Shown: positions 1-10,015 of the stretch, piece after piece
Position numbering within the stretch: position 1 is the first letter of the stretch
Layout of the letters: every line of letters starts with the position of its first letter
Position numbers and translations under genes: made by a program
Virus record (IMG/VR): IMGVR_UViG_3300050343_000177
Span: 16,432-80,431 of that record
Strand: one strand, 5' to 3'
DNA: 64,000 bases
Origin: a virus
Notes under the pieces: generated by a model
Told to the model about the DNA's origin: nothing
Database searches by the model: none
The model's input: only the letters and a program-made list of their open reading frames with translations

Positions 1-10
1 CTATTATTGC

Positions 11-1783
11 TCAAAAGTTACTGTTGAGGATTACGTAAGCCAGTTCAATATCATCTAAGTTGAGACCTTGCGCTAATGCAAATACAATCTCTAGCGTTGT
101 AATACCACCACGTCTATACGATGAGTTAAACCGTTGGCCGACTTCATCCATCTCTTTCGATAGTTTGTCTTCAAACTTTTCTCGTGTTTCAGCTGATGGA
201 TAAGAGTCAGGTTCTTTCACTTTGATTCTGTCTATGAACATAGCAGCGATTGAATGTTTACACATCTTGAAGCTCATCCGATGCTCTCTACTTTCCCAGC
301 TTTCAATACGACCAGCAGCTTGCTGAGTACCTGTGCCTGTTAAGTCTTTTTGACCCATGACTGTTGGCAGCGGGTATCTCAGCTGCCTGTTTGTTTTCCT
401 AGTGTTGGTATCATCTGTTTCCTGGGGTGATCGCAGTATTGCTTGTGCGTGGTTAGGACAACTACAGGTATAAACTGTCGCAGGCTTTAGGGGATTGCCT
501 GATGTAAATACTTCGTCCATCCAAGGGTCTACATCTGTATCTATACGTTCCCATTTTTTCTCACCTGGTTTACCTTGTTGATGATAGTAATCACCGTCAT
601 ATTCATCTATAGATGACTTTGTAAAACTCCAATCAGCAAAAGATAAGGTTGCGTTAGTTACATCTGTATACATCTTAAATTCACCCTTGAAAGGTAAGGC
701 GATGATGTCTACTGTATTTGCACCTGGTGCTTTTTGAATGCCTCGGATTGTAAACGGTAGTACTGTGTATGAGCAGGACGTAATTTCTGTTTCGACACCT
801 TCTGCTGAGAGATACTGTTTCCCGAAGAAACGTTGATAAAGTGATTTGTCATACTGGTATGTGCCTTTTAAATTTATACTTGTACTTGTTGTCTCTGCCA
901 GTATTTCTAAGGATGATATGTCGTATAGTGATGGAGGCAGTTCTTCATTGCCGGGGTCTAATATTTTTACAGTAGTGACGCCAATATCATCTTCAACTTC
1001 TACATTGAACATATATGTGTCGTCAACAAATATGATACTATCTACATCTGTTACGGGTTTCTCGTTATAGAACTCTTTGACGTATACAATTTTTCCAACA
1101 TACTGTTGAATATCGTCAGATAAGCTTGCAGCATCTAATGTTGCTGTGATTTCAACAGGTGTCTCTACTGGTGACTTACCAATATATAGACCTGGATGTA
1201 GTAGATCGTTTAGTACATAATTTAAGGTTGCTTCAGTCTCACCATCTGTTAAACGCTCGCCAATCATCTCAAGTAGCAATCTACTGTCTGCGCCTGAATT
1301 ACCTTGTACTAATATCTCTCTATTTGCTTTTTCGACTGGATATTTGAATGAATCATTCTTGACTGATGTTACAGTTACAAGGTCTACATCTGATTTAGTC
1401 TCACGTTTCATTACATAGTGATTGTTGCTGTCAGAGTTCTTTGTCGCAAACTTGTAACCAGAGAACGTTACATCTACTTCATAGTCTGTGCCTTGATATA
1501 GCTTGGAATCAATTTCTGCTACTGAGTATTCTTGTGTGTATTGGTTCAGCGTCTCTAACTCATACCAAGCAGCACGGTTGTAATACTCGAAGCCTTTACG
1601 CCATTTCACCCAGTTACTATCTAGGTCATACGATTCAATGACACTGCGATGTACTGACGAACCATACCGCCTACTACTGGGATAGTAGCCAGCAGCACCA
1701 GCTTCTTTACCTTTGTGAACAGCTTTAGTTGGCTTGAAAGAGAGTGCGTTGGATTTACCAAAGCCGTTCTGCTTCCTTGGCAT
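11..1783 (-). CDS. Late-region protein with C-terminal SWIM-like zinc finger
   Basis: 590 aa ORF; YTCSCPNH...MCKHSIAA matches a CxC-Xn-CxH SWIM-type pattern with a long insert. Confidence 0.55.
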   Translation of the reverse strand: MPRKQNGFGKSNALSFKPTKAVHKGKEAGAAGYYPSSRRYGSSVHRSVIESYDLDSNWVKWRKGFEYYNRAAWYELETLNQYTQEYSVAEIDSKLYQGTDYEVDVTFSGYKFATKNSDSNNHYVMKRETKSDVDLVTVTSVKNDSFKYPVEKANREILVQGNSGADSRLLLEMIGERLTDGETEATLNYVLNDLLHPGLYIGKSPVETPVEITATLDAASLSDDIQQYVGKIVYVKEFYNEKPVTDVDSIIFVDDTYMFNVEVEDDIGVTTVKILDPGNEELPPSLYDISSLEILAETTSTSINLKGTYQYDKSLYQRFFGKQYLSAEGVETEITSCSYTVLPFTIRGIQKAPGANTVDIIALPFKGEFKMYTDVTNATLSFADWSFTKSSIDEYDGDYYHQQGKPGEKKWERIDTDVDPWMDEVFTSGNPLKPATVYTCSCPNHAQAILRSPQETDDTNTRKTNRQLRYPLPTVMGQKDLTGTGTQQAAGRIESWESREHRMSFKMCKHSIAAMFIDRIKVKEPDSYPSAETREKFEDKLSKEMDEVGQRFNSSYRRGGITTLEIVFALAQGLNLDDIELAYVILNSNF

Positions 1784-2250
1784 TAATACCAGCCACCTTG
1801 GATGCCCAAGTTAGGACCATCAGAGACTGCTCCACCAGTTGACTGTCTTGCTGCCCAGAGTGCTTTACCTTTAGGTATATACAGTGCTCGATTGTAAGCG
1901 TCATCGCCTACTTGAGGCACTGGTGTGAGAACTTGGGGAAGTTCAAAAACTGTTAATGTACCAATAGTTGTACTAGATACTACTGAACCAAAGTAAAATC
2001 CTTGATTAGGTCTCAAGTAATCATTAGCAGTACTCAGAAACAAATTAACAGTATAAGCTGTTTCACCTCTTGAGATTAAATACAGTGTTTCAATTACTGC
2101 ACCATCAGCTCCTGTTGAATCCAAAAGCAACTCAGCAGTGTTAGAACCACTTACATTAATAGTATCATTTGTTGCTAAGTCTAAGTTTACGATTGTATGT
2201 AATACGTGGTCTACCAGAAGTGGTTGCTTGTTTGTAGATGTTGATGCCAT
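1783..2250 (-). CDS. Hypothetical virion structural protein
   Basis: 155 aa beta-rich ORF, translationally coupled in the late operon. Confidence 0.5.
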   Translation of the reverse strand: MASTSTNKQPLLVDHVLHTIVNLDLATNDTINVSGSNTAELLLDSTGADGAVIETLYLISRGETAYTVNLFLSTANDYLRPNQGFYFGSVVSSTTIGTLTVFELPQVLTPVPQVGDDAYNRALYIPKGKALWAARQSTGGAVSDGPNLGIQGGWY

Positions 2251-2252
2251 TT

Positions 2253-2831
2253 TTACTTCCTCTTTTTCTTAATTGTTGTTTTACTTGAGCCTGGGGTCAT
2301 TGGATTCATTGAGTTCTGTGGTGCCATTCCACCTGCTGCTTGTTCAGCGCTTTGCATGCCTTGCATCATTGGTGGACCTGAGCTTCCAGGGAAAGCACCA
2401 GGGAAAGCACCAGGGGCTGGTTGTGCAGGCATACCTGTCATCCCCATTGGACCTGCATTCAAGCCGTATTTAGAAGCATCACCTGCAAGTCTTCCAGATT
2501 CCATACCATCGGGAACCATTGATACTCCTGAGGTATCAGGCTGCTGTTGCATTCCAAAGGGAGCTTGTGAATTTAAGCCGCGACCTGTAGGGAAGAACTG
2601 TGGCAATCCTGAGTTATCAACGTTCATTGGGTTGACCATTCCGGTACCCATCTGTGCATAGTTCTGCTGATAGTCACCAGAGATACTTGTTGCTTGGATT
2701 GCCGGAGATGCATTGTCAGTTACATTCATCGCATTGTTATTCTCAGGTCCACCTGGGACAACTGCCATGTTCTTATTGATTTTAAATCTCTGAGGGTCAA
2801 GCACTCGTGCGTTATCTTCTTTGTTAGGCAT
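2253..2831 (-). CDS. Hypothetical low-complexity (M/P/G/Q-rich) late protein
   Basis: 192 aa ORF abutting both neighbours. Confidence 0.6.
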   Translation of the reverse strand: MPNKEDNARVLDPQRFKINKNMAVVPGGPENNNAMNVTDNASPAIQATSISGDYQQNYAQMGTGMVNPMNVDNSGLPQFFPTGRGLNSQAPFGMQQQPDTSGVSMVPDGMESGRLAGDASKYGLNAGPMGMTGMPAQPAPGAFPGAFPGSSGPPMMQGMQSAEQAAGGMAPQNSMNPMTPGSSKTTIKKKRK

Positions 2832-2832
2832 C

Positions 2833-3303
2833 TCAAACCTCCCGGTTACGATTGTTTAGACCAGGAAATCCTTGGCCGCCTTTAGCCATGTTATAAAGAC
2901 GATTTTCTATGTTTGTCGTTCCAAATTGTGGCTCATTCATTTTAAGACGATTAGAAAGAGCGTCTGTCTCCATTTCTTCTGGATCTTGCTGTGGAACAAT
3001 AGTGCTAGAAACTTGTGTATCTACACTACCAGTCTGATGCTGTGGTGTTGCTTGATTACCAGGGCTATCTTTATAAGCAAAGGTTCCTGCCCCTTGAATT
3101 AGTTCGTTGACTGGAATATTACTATTACCGTATGTGGTACGGTCACCTCTTACAGCCTCACCAATGCCACCATCCATTGCTGATTGAACGCCTTGGATGT
3201 ATGCATTCTCGCCAGCTTGACGCATTGCATTACTTGCATCAATTTTATTCTGTCGTCTATCACGACCCATCATAATTTTCTGAGTCCCCGGCATTACAGT
3301 CAT
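2833..3303 (-). CDS. Hypothetical late protein
   Basis: 156 aa ORF with TAGAATAG motif upstream. Confidence 0.6.
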   Translation of the reverse strand: MTVMPGTQKIMMGRDRRQNKIDASNAMRQAGENAYIQGVQSAMDGGIGEAVRGDRTTYGNSNIPVNELIQGAGTFAYKDSPGNQATPQHQTGSVDTQVSSTIVPQQDPEEMETDALSNRLKMNEPQFGTTNIENRLYNMAKGGQGFPGLNNRNREV

Positions 3304-3338
3304 AACTTTACTACTTCATTGCTAAATCTATTCTACAC

Positions 3339-3836
3339 TTAACGCCACTCATTGTTAAGCATGATTCGTGAGCCTATTGCAGTATCAGCAGGGCCAGGTA
3401 CGGCCATAATGAATTCAGAACCAGCTCGTTCGAATGCGTAGCGACGCACTTCAGGCCTTCTATAGTTAGGAACATACAATGTCTCCGCTAAACGGTCTAC
3501 TTCACGCAAATAAATTTCACGGAAGTATTCATCACCTTTAAGAGGATCGGACGTATTGATTGTCCGTTGTACGTCTCCACTAATTATTTCCTGACGTGAA
3601 GGATTCAGAATACGGCTGCCGTCAGCATCAAAGTAATCATCTGGAATTGCAGCACTTGCTTTCCAAGCAATGTCGCAACGTTTAATGTGATACACAATTT
3701 CGTTATACCAAAGCTCGTCTGGCACTAATGCCATTGCTTCTTCTAATCGTGCACGGTCACCAGCAGGAATCTGAGCACCTGAATTAAAACCAAGGTGATA
3801 ACGAGTTTTAGACTTGAGATATTCGTCTAACTGCAT
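3339..3836 (-). CDS. Putative head completion / head-tail connector protein
   Basis: 165 aa helical ORF downstream of the capsid genes; assignment is positional only. Confidence 0.4.
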   Translation of the reverse strand: MQLDEYLKSKTRYHLGFNSGAQIPAGDRARLEEAMALVPDELWYNEIVYHIKRCDIAWKASAAIPDDYFDADGSRILNPSRQEIISGDVQRTINTSDPLKGDEYFREIYLREVDRLAETLYVPNYRRPEVRRYAFERAGSEFIMAVPGPADTAIGSRIMLNNEWR

Positions 3837-3837
3837 A

Positions 3838-4173
3838 TCACATACCTGGGTTGTTGTAAATATCTTTTAGGACTGACTGCAATTGATTGCGGTCCATAGG
3901 ATTCAGTGTTCCTTGTGCTTGCATCTTTGCAAGAATGGCAGCTGCTGGTGACTCTTGCACCATCATTTGACGTGCGCCCATACCTAGGCCACCACCAAGG
4001 ATTGCTCCAACAAGTCCACCTGCCATACGTCCACGTGCTCCGCCAATGCCGGGCAATGCACCAAGCACACCACCGACTGCTGCACCGCCACCCATAGCAA
4101 CGGCTGGATCTGGACGTTTCTCAGCATCGGCCAAAGCCTTTGCCATCAAGATATCTTCGATACTGCTAGCCAT
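3838..4173 (-). CDS. Gly-zipper-like hypothetical protein
   Basis: 111 aa with GxxxG-rich hydrophobic segments. Confidence 0.55.
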   Translation of the reverse strand: MASSIEDILMAKALADAEKRPDPAVAMGGGAAVGGVLGALPGIGGARGRMAGGLVGAILGGGLGMGARQMMVQESPAAAILAKMQAQGTLNPMDRNQLQSVLKDIYNNPGM

Positions 4174-4198
4174 TGTCTAAGACACTAATACTATTAAT

Positions 4199-4558
4199 AG
4201 TTTAACTAATAAAGATTAAGTCCTTTTCAGAAAGGAATGTCTCCAGTACTGAACTCGCTAATCCTTGCTCGTGCAAAATTCTGTGCTTCTTTAGCTCTGA
4301 TTACTCCATCAAGTTAATCTAATAACTACTTGTATCTTCTCTGGAGAAGTACCATGTTCAACTAACAAGTCATAGTAGTCGTGTAATTGTACATCCACGT
4401 CTACTGGATCGAGTCCTGATCGTATCATACGATCTTGTAACCCTTCTGCATTCATAGCGGATGCAGTAGGTCCAACTTGAAAGTTGATTCCTTTCTTCAT
4501 GATTATCAGTCACTCATGTCAATTACCAGTTTAACTAATAAAGATTAGGTCCTCTTCA
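4199..4558. repeat. 31-bp direct repeat pair (4199-4229 and 4528-4558) flanking a small gene
   Basis: agtttaactaataaagattaRgtcctYttca, 2 mismatches; duplicates the 3' end of the HhH gene. Confidence 0.85.
4227..4500 (-). CDS. Small inserted (moron-like) gene, one probable frameshift
   Basis: ORF 4309..4500 continues in another frame as ...LDGVIRAKEAQNFARARISEFSTGDIPF*. Confidence 0.5.
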
Positions 4559-4959
4559 ATCAACTGTTCCCAATTAACACGTGGGATATTCTCTAGCTGC
4601 TTAAGGTTTGCAAAACGCTCACCACTAAGTGACATCCGCATCTCTACAATCTTCTTAGCTGTTGCAAAGCCTACACCTGGTAGACGCTTCTGAATGTATT
4701 CAGCAGTGGCAGTGTTCAGATTGAGTCGTGTCTCTTCCAAAGGAACGACGCGATTAGGTGCTTCTTCTTCTTTAGTCTCAAGGATGGGAGCTGTCACTTT
4801 TGCTAGACGACCTTTGCCTTGTTCATATGGGACCATCTGCTCTAACGTCAAGTAAGTAACATTACCCGTGGCATCTCTCACCATTGCGTAATCTTTATCA
4901 TGCTTACTAATGAACTCTACAAGCTTACCTGTTTTTGTGTCTTGGAATAGATTACTCAT
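4531..4959 (-). CDS. Helix-hairpin-helix (ComEA-like) DNA-binding domain protein
   Basis: RLNLNTATAEYIQKRLPGVGFATAKKIV...FANLKQLENIPRV. Confidence 0.8.
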   Translation of the reverse strand: MSNLFQDTKTGKLVEFISKHDKDYAMVRDATGNVTYLTLEQMVPYEQGKGRLAKVTAPILETKEEEAPNRVVPLEETRLNLNTATAEYIQKRLPGVGFATAKKIVEMRMSLSGERFANLKQLENIPRVNWEQLIEEDLIFIS

Positions 4960-5003
4960 ATCAATTGTGTGTCTTGAATCATTCTAACTTCTTAAGTATA
5001 GGC

Positions 5004-5036
5004 ATAAAAAAGAGCCTCATTAGAGAGACTCTTGTT
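5004..5036 (-). terminator. Probable intrinsic terminator after the capsid genes
   Basis: AAGAGTCTC...GAGGCTCTT hairpin followed by a T run on the minus strand. Confidence 0.55.
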
Positions 5037-5049
5037 TATATGAATTAGA

Positions 5050-5673
5050 TCAATAGCCTTGACCAGCTTCAGTTGCGAAAGGTACGTGAGCGTCCTCTAC
5101 ATCAGGAGCAGAGGCTGCGCGGTAGTAGCACACTTCAACCAGAAGGGCAGAAGGTGAATTACGGCAAGCACCAGCAGAAGGATCCAACGAAGCAGTGAAG
5201 GCTGCGTCAGTTGTCAGCTCAATTGCAGTATCTGCAGATACAGGAGTTCCGCCAAGGATGTTACCAAGAGCAGATGTTGCGCCTTCTTCGGGGAAGTACA
5301 AATCAGCTTCAGCAGTAACAGCAACTGAGGTTGGAAGACCTGTAGCAGCTTTCACTACAACAGTGTCACCAGCAGCATTGGCCTTTACGCCAGGTGCGGA
5401 AACAGCTGTGCGATATACAACAGAACCAGCAGGAACAACAAGGGCTTTATCCTTACGGGGCTTGTCATCTTGACGAAGGTCAGGTGACAGAACTTGTGCG
5501 GCATAATCGCCTGCTGCAAGTACACCGTTAGCATCAGTGACGTTGTCATTATCAGGGTTAAGTACAACCGCACCAACAGCGCGATAGAACTCAACCCCAG
5601 GAAGAGCCACACAACCTTGCTCGCGATATGCGTTCAAGTGGGCTACATAGTTACCGGGAAAAATTACGGACAT
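5050..5673 (-). CDS. Putative capsid decoration / minor head protein
   Basis: Directly downstream of MCP, high-expression codon usage; ATG at 5673 with GGAG upstream. Confidence 0.5.
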   Translation of the reverse strand: MSVIFPGNYVAHLNAYREQGCVALPGVEFYRAVGAVVLNPDNDNVTDANGVLAAGDYAAQVLSPDLRQDDKPRKDKALVVPAGSVVYRTAVSAPGVKANAAGDTVVVKAATGLPTSVAVTAEADLYFPEEGATSALGNILGGTPVSADTAIELTTDAAFTASLDPSAGACRNSPSALLVEVCYYRAASAPDVEDAHVPFATEAGQGY

Positions 5674-5687
5674 AGTTAGTTCTCCTA

Positions 5688-7012
5688 TCAATATACGAAA
5701 GAGTAACCAACCGTAATGAAATCCTTATTAAGGGTTTCAAAACCGGCGAACAGACTCCAAATCATGATGATGAATCGTGAGAAGTCATCATTGTTATTCA
5801 GAAGAATCTGAGCGTTGTTTCCACCGATGCCGACGCCGACAGCCTGAGGACCGAAGAAGATCAACTGAGCTGCATCATAATCAGCAGCACCAGCAACTTG
5901 CGTCAGTAATTGTCAGGTTGTACTGAGTCTCGGGAAGGTTGGTGGACTCGAACCAACGGACACCCTCAAAGAGGAAGCCAGTAGGCATTACAGGTTGACC
6001 GGCAACGAAGCCAGCTTGACCATATGCAGGACCCATTCCTTGGAAGAAGTTCGCAGAAGGACCAGCCAATGGGTTCATGGGATCAGCCATGCCCTGACCG
6101 GGATAACGTGCGATTTCGCGGAAGTCACTGTTCTGACGCAGATGCATCATTGCAGTGGGGTCGACGATGCAACGGTAGTAACCATCAGCGAAGGTAGGAA
6201 CGTTGCGCTTACGCATGTCCTTGACGACTTCGAGAAGGTCAGTACTGACATCGAACTTGGCAGATTCACCAGAGGTATACTGAGCAATATCAGAAGCACC
6301 GGCTGCCTTTTCTTTACCACCGGGAAGGTAGTAACCGCCTTGCTCACTAGAAGACTTGCCACAGGCTTCAGCCTTGAGGAGTTCATTAGCGAAGACGCGA
6401 TCGCGCCAACGACGGTAGTCATCAAGCAGCGTCAAGCTACCGATGGACTGGTGAAATACGTTGAGATTACCGGTATCAAGCAGCAAGCGCTGAGCGGTGA
6501 TCAGGGTCTCGCGAGCTACCTTGAAGGTAGAAGGCTGAGTGGTGTCGCGGGAATCAGCAGGGCCTGTATATTCCCTCAAAGTGACCAGCACTTTGTCCTT
6601 GACGATGTTGCGTGCGGAGGCGGATCCGAGAGTTTGATCAGCGGTGCGCTCACGGGACTCCTTAGTGCCGGGCTTGCCCCAGAAGCGGTAACGATCAAGC
6701 TGCACGGTTTGACCGGGCTGCTTACTAAAATCGTGAACGACTACTGGCTCAACTGCCATCTCAATGATGTAGGCAGGATGAGGGCGATAAAGTTCTGCAC
6801 CAAGAAGCTTTCACAGGGTACCGACTATATCTTCACCTTTAAAAGGGCTGGACGCTTAATTAAGGAGACTTTACTCCTCAGGTAGTCTGTGAACGTTCCT
6901 TAGGTGTACCTAAGGCTTCGCTGCTGATTGCCATATCTTTCGACTTAGGGTTCCAGCAATTCATCCAGTTTTAAAACGACCAAGTGTTTTACCAATCGTT
7001 ATCAATCCACAT
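5688..7012 (-). CDS. Major capsid protein (N4-gp56-like), split by a group I intron; frameshift near 5890
   Basis: Exon 1 MWIDND (7012-6995, AGGAG upstream); exon 2 KLLGAELYRPHPAYIIEMAVEPVVVHDFSKQPGQTVQLDRY...; C-terminus ...FFGPQAVGVGIGG...DDFSRFIIMIWSLFAGF...YSFVY* in the shifted frame. Confidence 0.85.
6811..6994 (-). ncRNA. Group I intron (IA-like) in the major capsid gene; 3' boundary uncertain
   Basis: P AATTGCTGGAA (6961-6951), Q AATCAGCAG (6929-6921), R GTTCACAGACTA (6894-6883), S AAGATATAGTC (6833-6823); P1 AACGATT/GGTCGTT with U-G; P3 CTGGATG/CGTCCAG; P7 GACTA/TAGTC; extra hairpin after P7. Confidence 0.9.
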
Positions 7013-7133
7013 TTCTGGGATAACTCCTAAACTAAAAGGTTTATAAGTGACTTCGACGTGTCACATAATACGATATTAATAGTTATATTAAAGAAGTAGT
7101 TGATGTATACCGAAGCCTCGGTGTAAAGAGAGT

Positions 7134-7649
7134 ATGTCAGAATTTATTGATGTCAAAGAATGGGTACCAGTTCATACACTTCCAGGGTTCGAATGCTGCA
7201 TTGAATATTATGTATCTCACGATGGAAGGGTTATGTCAACTAAAGGTGGCAAAGAGAAAATCCTCAAAGGAGCTGTTATTAAAAATGGCTATCACAAAGT
7301 CACACTTCAGCAACGATTAGGGCAGAAAGGAGAAATTCAACCCTATGTTCATACACTTGTAGCCCTTGCGTTTTTACCACCTCCACCTTCTCCTATAGGA
7401 CGTACACGTGGTTCATCTGTTGTGGATCACAAAGACGAGAACAAGTTAAACAACTGTGTGTCTAATCTTCACTGGATTTCTGTCAAGGAAAATATATGCA
7501 AACATCCATATCGTAAATTTCAATCAACTCAAAAGACGGATGATGAAGTTCTTGTTCAACAGTGCAGGAATCGATATTCACATAAGATGGCTGTACGTCG
7601 TCAAAGAGAGAAACAAAAAGCGGTTAAAATAGTAGAAAGTGATAATTAA
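7134..7649 (+). CDS. NUMOD4-HNH homing endonuclease (free-standing)
   Basis: EWVPV..LPGFE...YYVSHDGRV (NUMOD4) and VHTLVALAF...VDHKDENKLNNCVSNLHW (HNH). Confidence 0.85.
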   Translation: MSEFIDVKEWVPVHTLPGFECCIEYYVSHDGRVMSTKGGKEKILKGAVIKNGYHKVTLQQRLGQKGEIQPYVHTLVALAFLPPPPSPIGRTRGSSVVDHKDENKLNNCVSNLHWISVKENICKHPYRKFQSTQKTDDEVLVQQCRNRYSHKMAVRRQREKQKAVKIVESDN

Positions 7650-7653
7650 AAAA

Positions 7654-8319
7654 ATGTCAGATAGTCTCGTATTAACTGGTGTCAAAGATGTCAGGAAGCA
7701 CACTGGCACTGAGATGCTTCGTCTTAATCCAAAGGGTGGTGGTGATACTTTCTCTGTTAAGCGTTGGTGGGTTGCTGGTGGTATTAACACCTGCTATGAA
7801 CCTTGTACTGTCTTCAATGTGACGACTGCTGCTGGCACAGTAAAGCTTGCTCTTGCTACTAAAGCAGAAGGCTCACGTGTTCGTATTGACCACGATGGTT
7901 CTTTTAACTTCAGCTTCTTTGGTGCTGGTGAAATCACACGTGCTGCACTCTTTACTGATGCTTTTGAAATCATTGAGCATTACGTATTCCCCAGTATCTC
8001 TGGTGGTAAAGTAATGACCGTAACTCCAGCTGGTGGTGCTAGTCGTCCTGTCCCTGGTCCACCTCCGAAGACATTTACTGGTGTAACACTCACAGGTGCT
8101 GATACTGCAACTGATGCTGATACTGAAAGTTACACCGCTAGTAAGACTGGAACTGCTACTGACGTAACCTACGTCCTTACTTCTGATGATTCCAATGATG
8201 TAGTCTCTACTCTCGATGTAGAGTTTAATGGAACAGGCTCACGTGTTCTCACTTTGACTGGCTCTTCTACTGAAGTTGGTAACAGTCAGACAGATACGAT
8301 TACAGTTGTTGTTAGCTGA
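7654..8319 (+). CDS. Putative virion protein with Thr-rich Ig-like C-terminal domain
   Basis: Pro linker then Thr/Val-rich beta domain ending TDTITVVVS. Confidence 0.5.
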   Translation: MSDSLVLTGVKDVRKHTGTEMLRLNPKGGGDTFSVKRWWVAGGINTCYEPCTVFNVTTAAGTVKLALATKAEGSRVRIDHDGSFNFSFFGAGEITRAALFTDAFEIIEHYVFPSISGGKVMTVTPAGGASRPVPGPPPKTFTGVTLTGADTATDADTESYTASKTGTATDVTYVLTSDDSNDVVSTLDVEFNGTGSRVLTLTGSSTEVGNSQTDTITVVVS

Positions 8320-8989
8320 TTCGTCTAGCGATATACCGGCGTTCATCGTCGGTTAATTTTTCTTCTTTAACATACATATCTCCCACTAAGCAATCGACGT
8401 TATACGAAAGTCTCCTTGTATTACGTGCGTGAAAGCCTATATAAAAGAAATCATTCTCTCGGATATACATCCGATCGTATGGGTGCTCTTCCCTATCTGC
8501 TGTATACAGCCTCACATCTAACCAGCTATCAATATACTTATTGCCTGTTTTAAGATTATTTAAATCAATACTCAGCAGTCCACCAAACTTACGATAAATA
8601 CCCATCCTAAATCTTGCGGGTAAATACGTATTGACTACCGTTAGATCTTCATTCAATAGAAGCTCTGCACTCTCCCATCCAGTATCTTCTTCATTTCTTT
8701 TAGAAATTACAGCACATTCCCAACCTTCTTCTTCAAAGCATTTACCAGCTGCAGTTGGATCAAGTTTTACATTAACTTTGACAAAGTAATTCTCTGCACC
8801 AAACAGACCAACACTGTCTCGATACTTCAGTGTGAAAGGAATGTAGCTTACACTTACATTCTCAGGCCGTGTGATAGATGGACCGTTGACATAATTCAAC
8901 GAACGGCTGCTAGATAATCCAGCCGGAGCTGTGTTATCACTGGAGCCATATAACATTGTATTACGTAGGATCTCTGCGGTAACGTCCAT
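8312..8989 (-). CDS. Hypothetical late protein
   Basis: 225 aa ORF with TACAATAG upstream. Confidence 0.6.
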   Translation of the reverse strand: MDVTAEILRNTMLYGSSDNTAPAGLSSSRSLNYVNGPSITRPENVSVSYIPFTLKYRDSVGLFGAENYFVKVNVKLDPTAAGKCFEEEGWECAVISKRNEEDTGWESAELLLNEDLTVVNTYLPARFRMGIYRKFGGLLSIDLNNLKTGNKYIDSWLDVRLYTADREEHPYDRMYIRENDFFYIGFHARNTRRLSYNVDCLVGDMYVKEEKLTDDERRYIARRIS

Positions 8990-9018
8990 CTTCCATTGGC
9001 GCTCTTTCTTCTATTGTA

Positions 9019-9961
9019 TTAGAGATACTCAGATACCATATCACCACGTGTTTTAAGCTCACGTAATGCTTTATGCTCCAATGTTCTTACTCGGTCACGG
9101 CTCATATTAAGCAGTTGACCAATTGCTGTCATTGACATTGGCTCAAGATACTTCTTCACCAATTCCATAACGCATACTGATCACAGCAGCTTGCATTTCA
9201 GGTAAGTCTGCAATCAACTCTCGCATATCTTCCTTGATACAGTTACGCTCAAGAATCATCTCTGGTAACTGTGTCTCGTCTTCAAGCAGGTCGATCAATG
9301 CTGTGTCACGGTTCTCACCAATCTTGATTTCAAGTGATGTTGGCTGACGTGCCTTACACATCAAATCTTTAATCTCATCAACTGTTAGCTCAAGATGATC
9401 GGACAGCTGGAAGACAGATGGCATATAACCATTCATCTGACTAAGCTCACGCTGTGCTTTCTTTCAGCTTGTTTAAGATTCTCAGTAACGTGGATAGGAA
9501 GTCTGATGGCACGGGACTTTTCAGCGATTGCCCTTGTAATACCTTGGCGAATCCACCAATAAGCATAAGTGCTAAATTTGTAGCCACGACCAGGGTCAAA
9601 CTTTTCAACGCCACGGACGAGACCAATCGTTCCTTCTTGGATGATGTCCAAGAGTTCCATATTTCTCTTCGTGTATTTTTTGGCAACAGAAACCACGAGA
9701 CGAAGGTTAGCTGTGACCATCTTCTCTTTGCTTTCTTGCCATCACGTATATCTCTCGTTTGATTTGCTTCATGGTCAAATCATAGCATCTGTGCTATCCT
9801 TGATTCATCAAGAGATAGCTCTTTGCGTTACTCTTCTAGTTCCATCAATCGTTGAACTTTACGACCTAGAAGATTTCTTCGTCGTGCTCAAGTAATGGAA
9901 TGCGTCCAATGTCACGTAGATATGAACGTACTGAATCGCCTGAAAGTCTTGGTTGTGCCAT
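9019..9961 (-). CDS. RNA polymerase sigma-70 factor, cyanobacterial group-2-like (frameshifted in this sequence)
   Basis: Region 1.2 [16 protein letters not shown]; region 2 [13 protein letters not shown]...[19 protein letters not shown]; region 4 [14 protein letters not shown]. Confidence 0.92.
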
Positions 9962-10015
9962 ATAGTTCTGTCGCTACTTATTAATCATAGCCTCTAATTC
10001 TAGCTACGTCAACAC

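Noticed and set aside
5995-6885. 296-aa plus-strand ORF and similar antisense ORFs (e.g. 39882, 46296, 52549)
   Set aside because: Shadows of strongly codon-biased genes on the opposite strand; no recognisable motifs.
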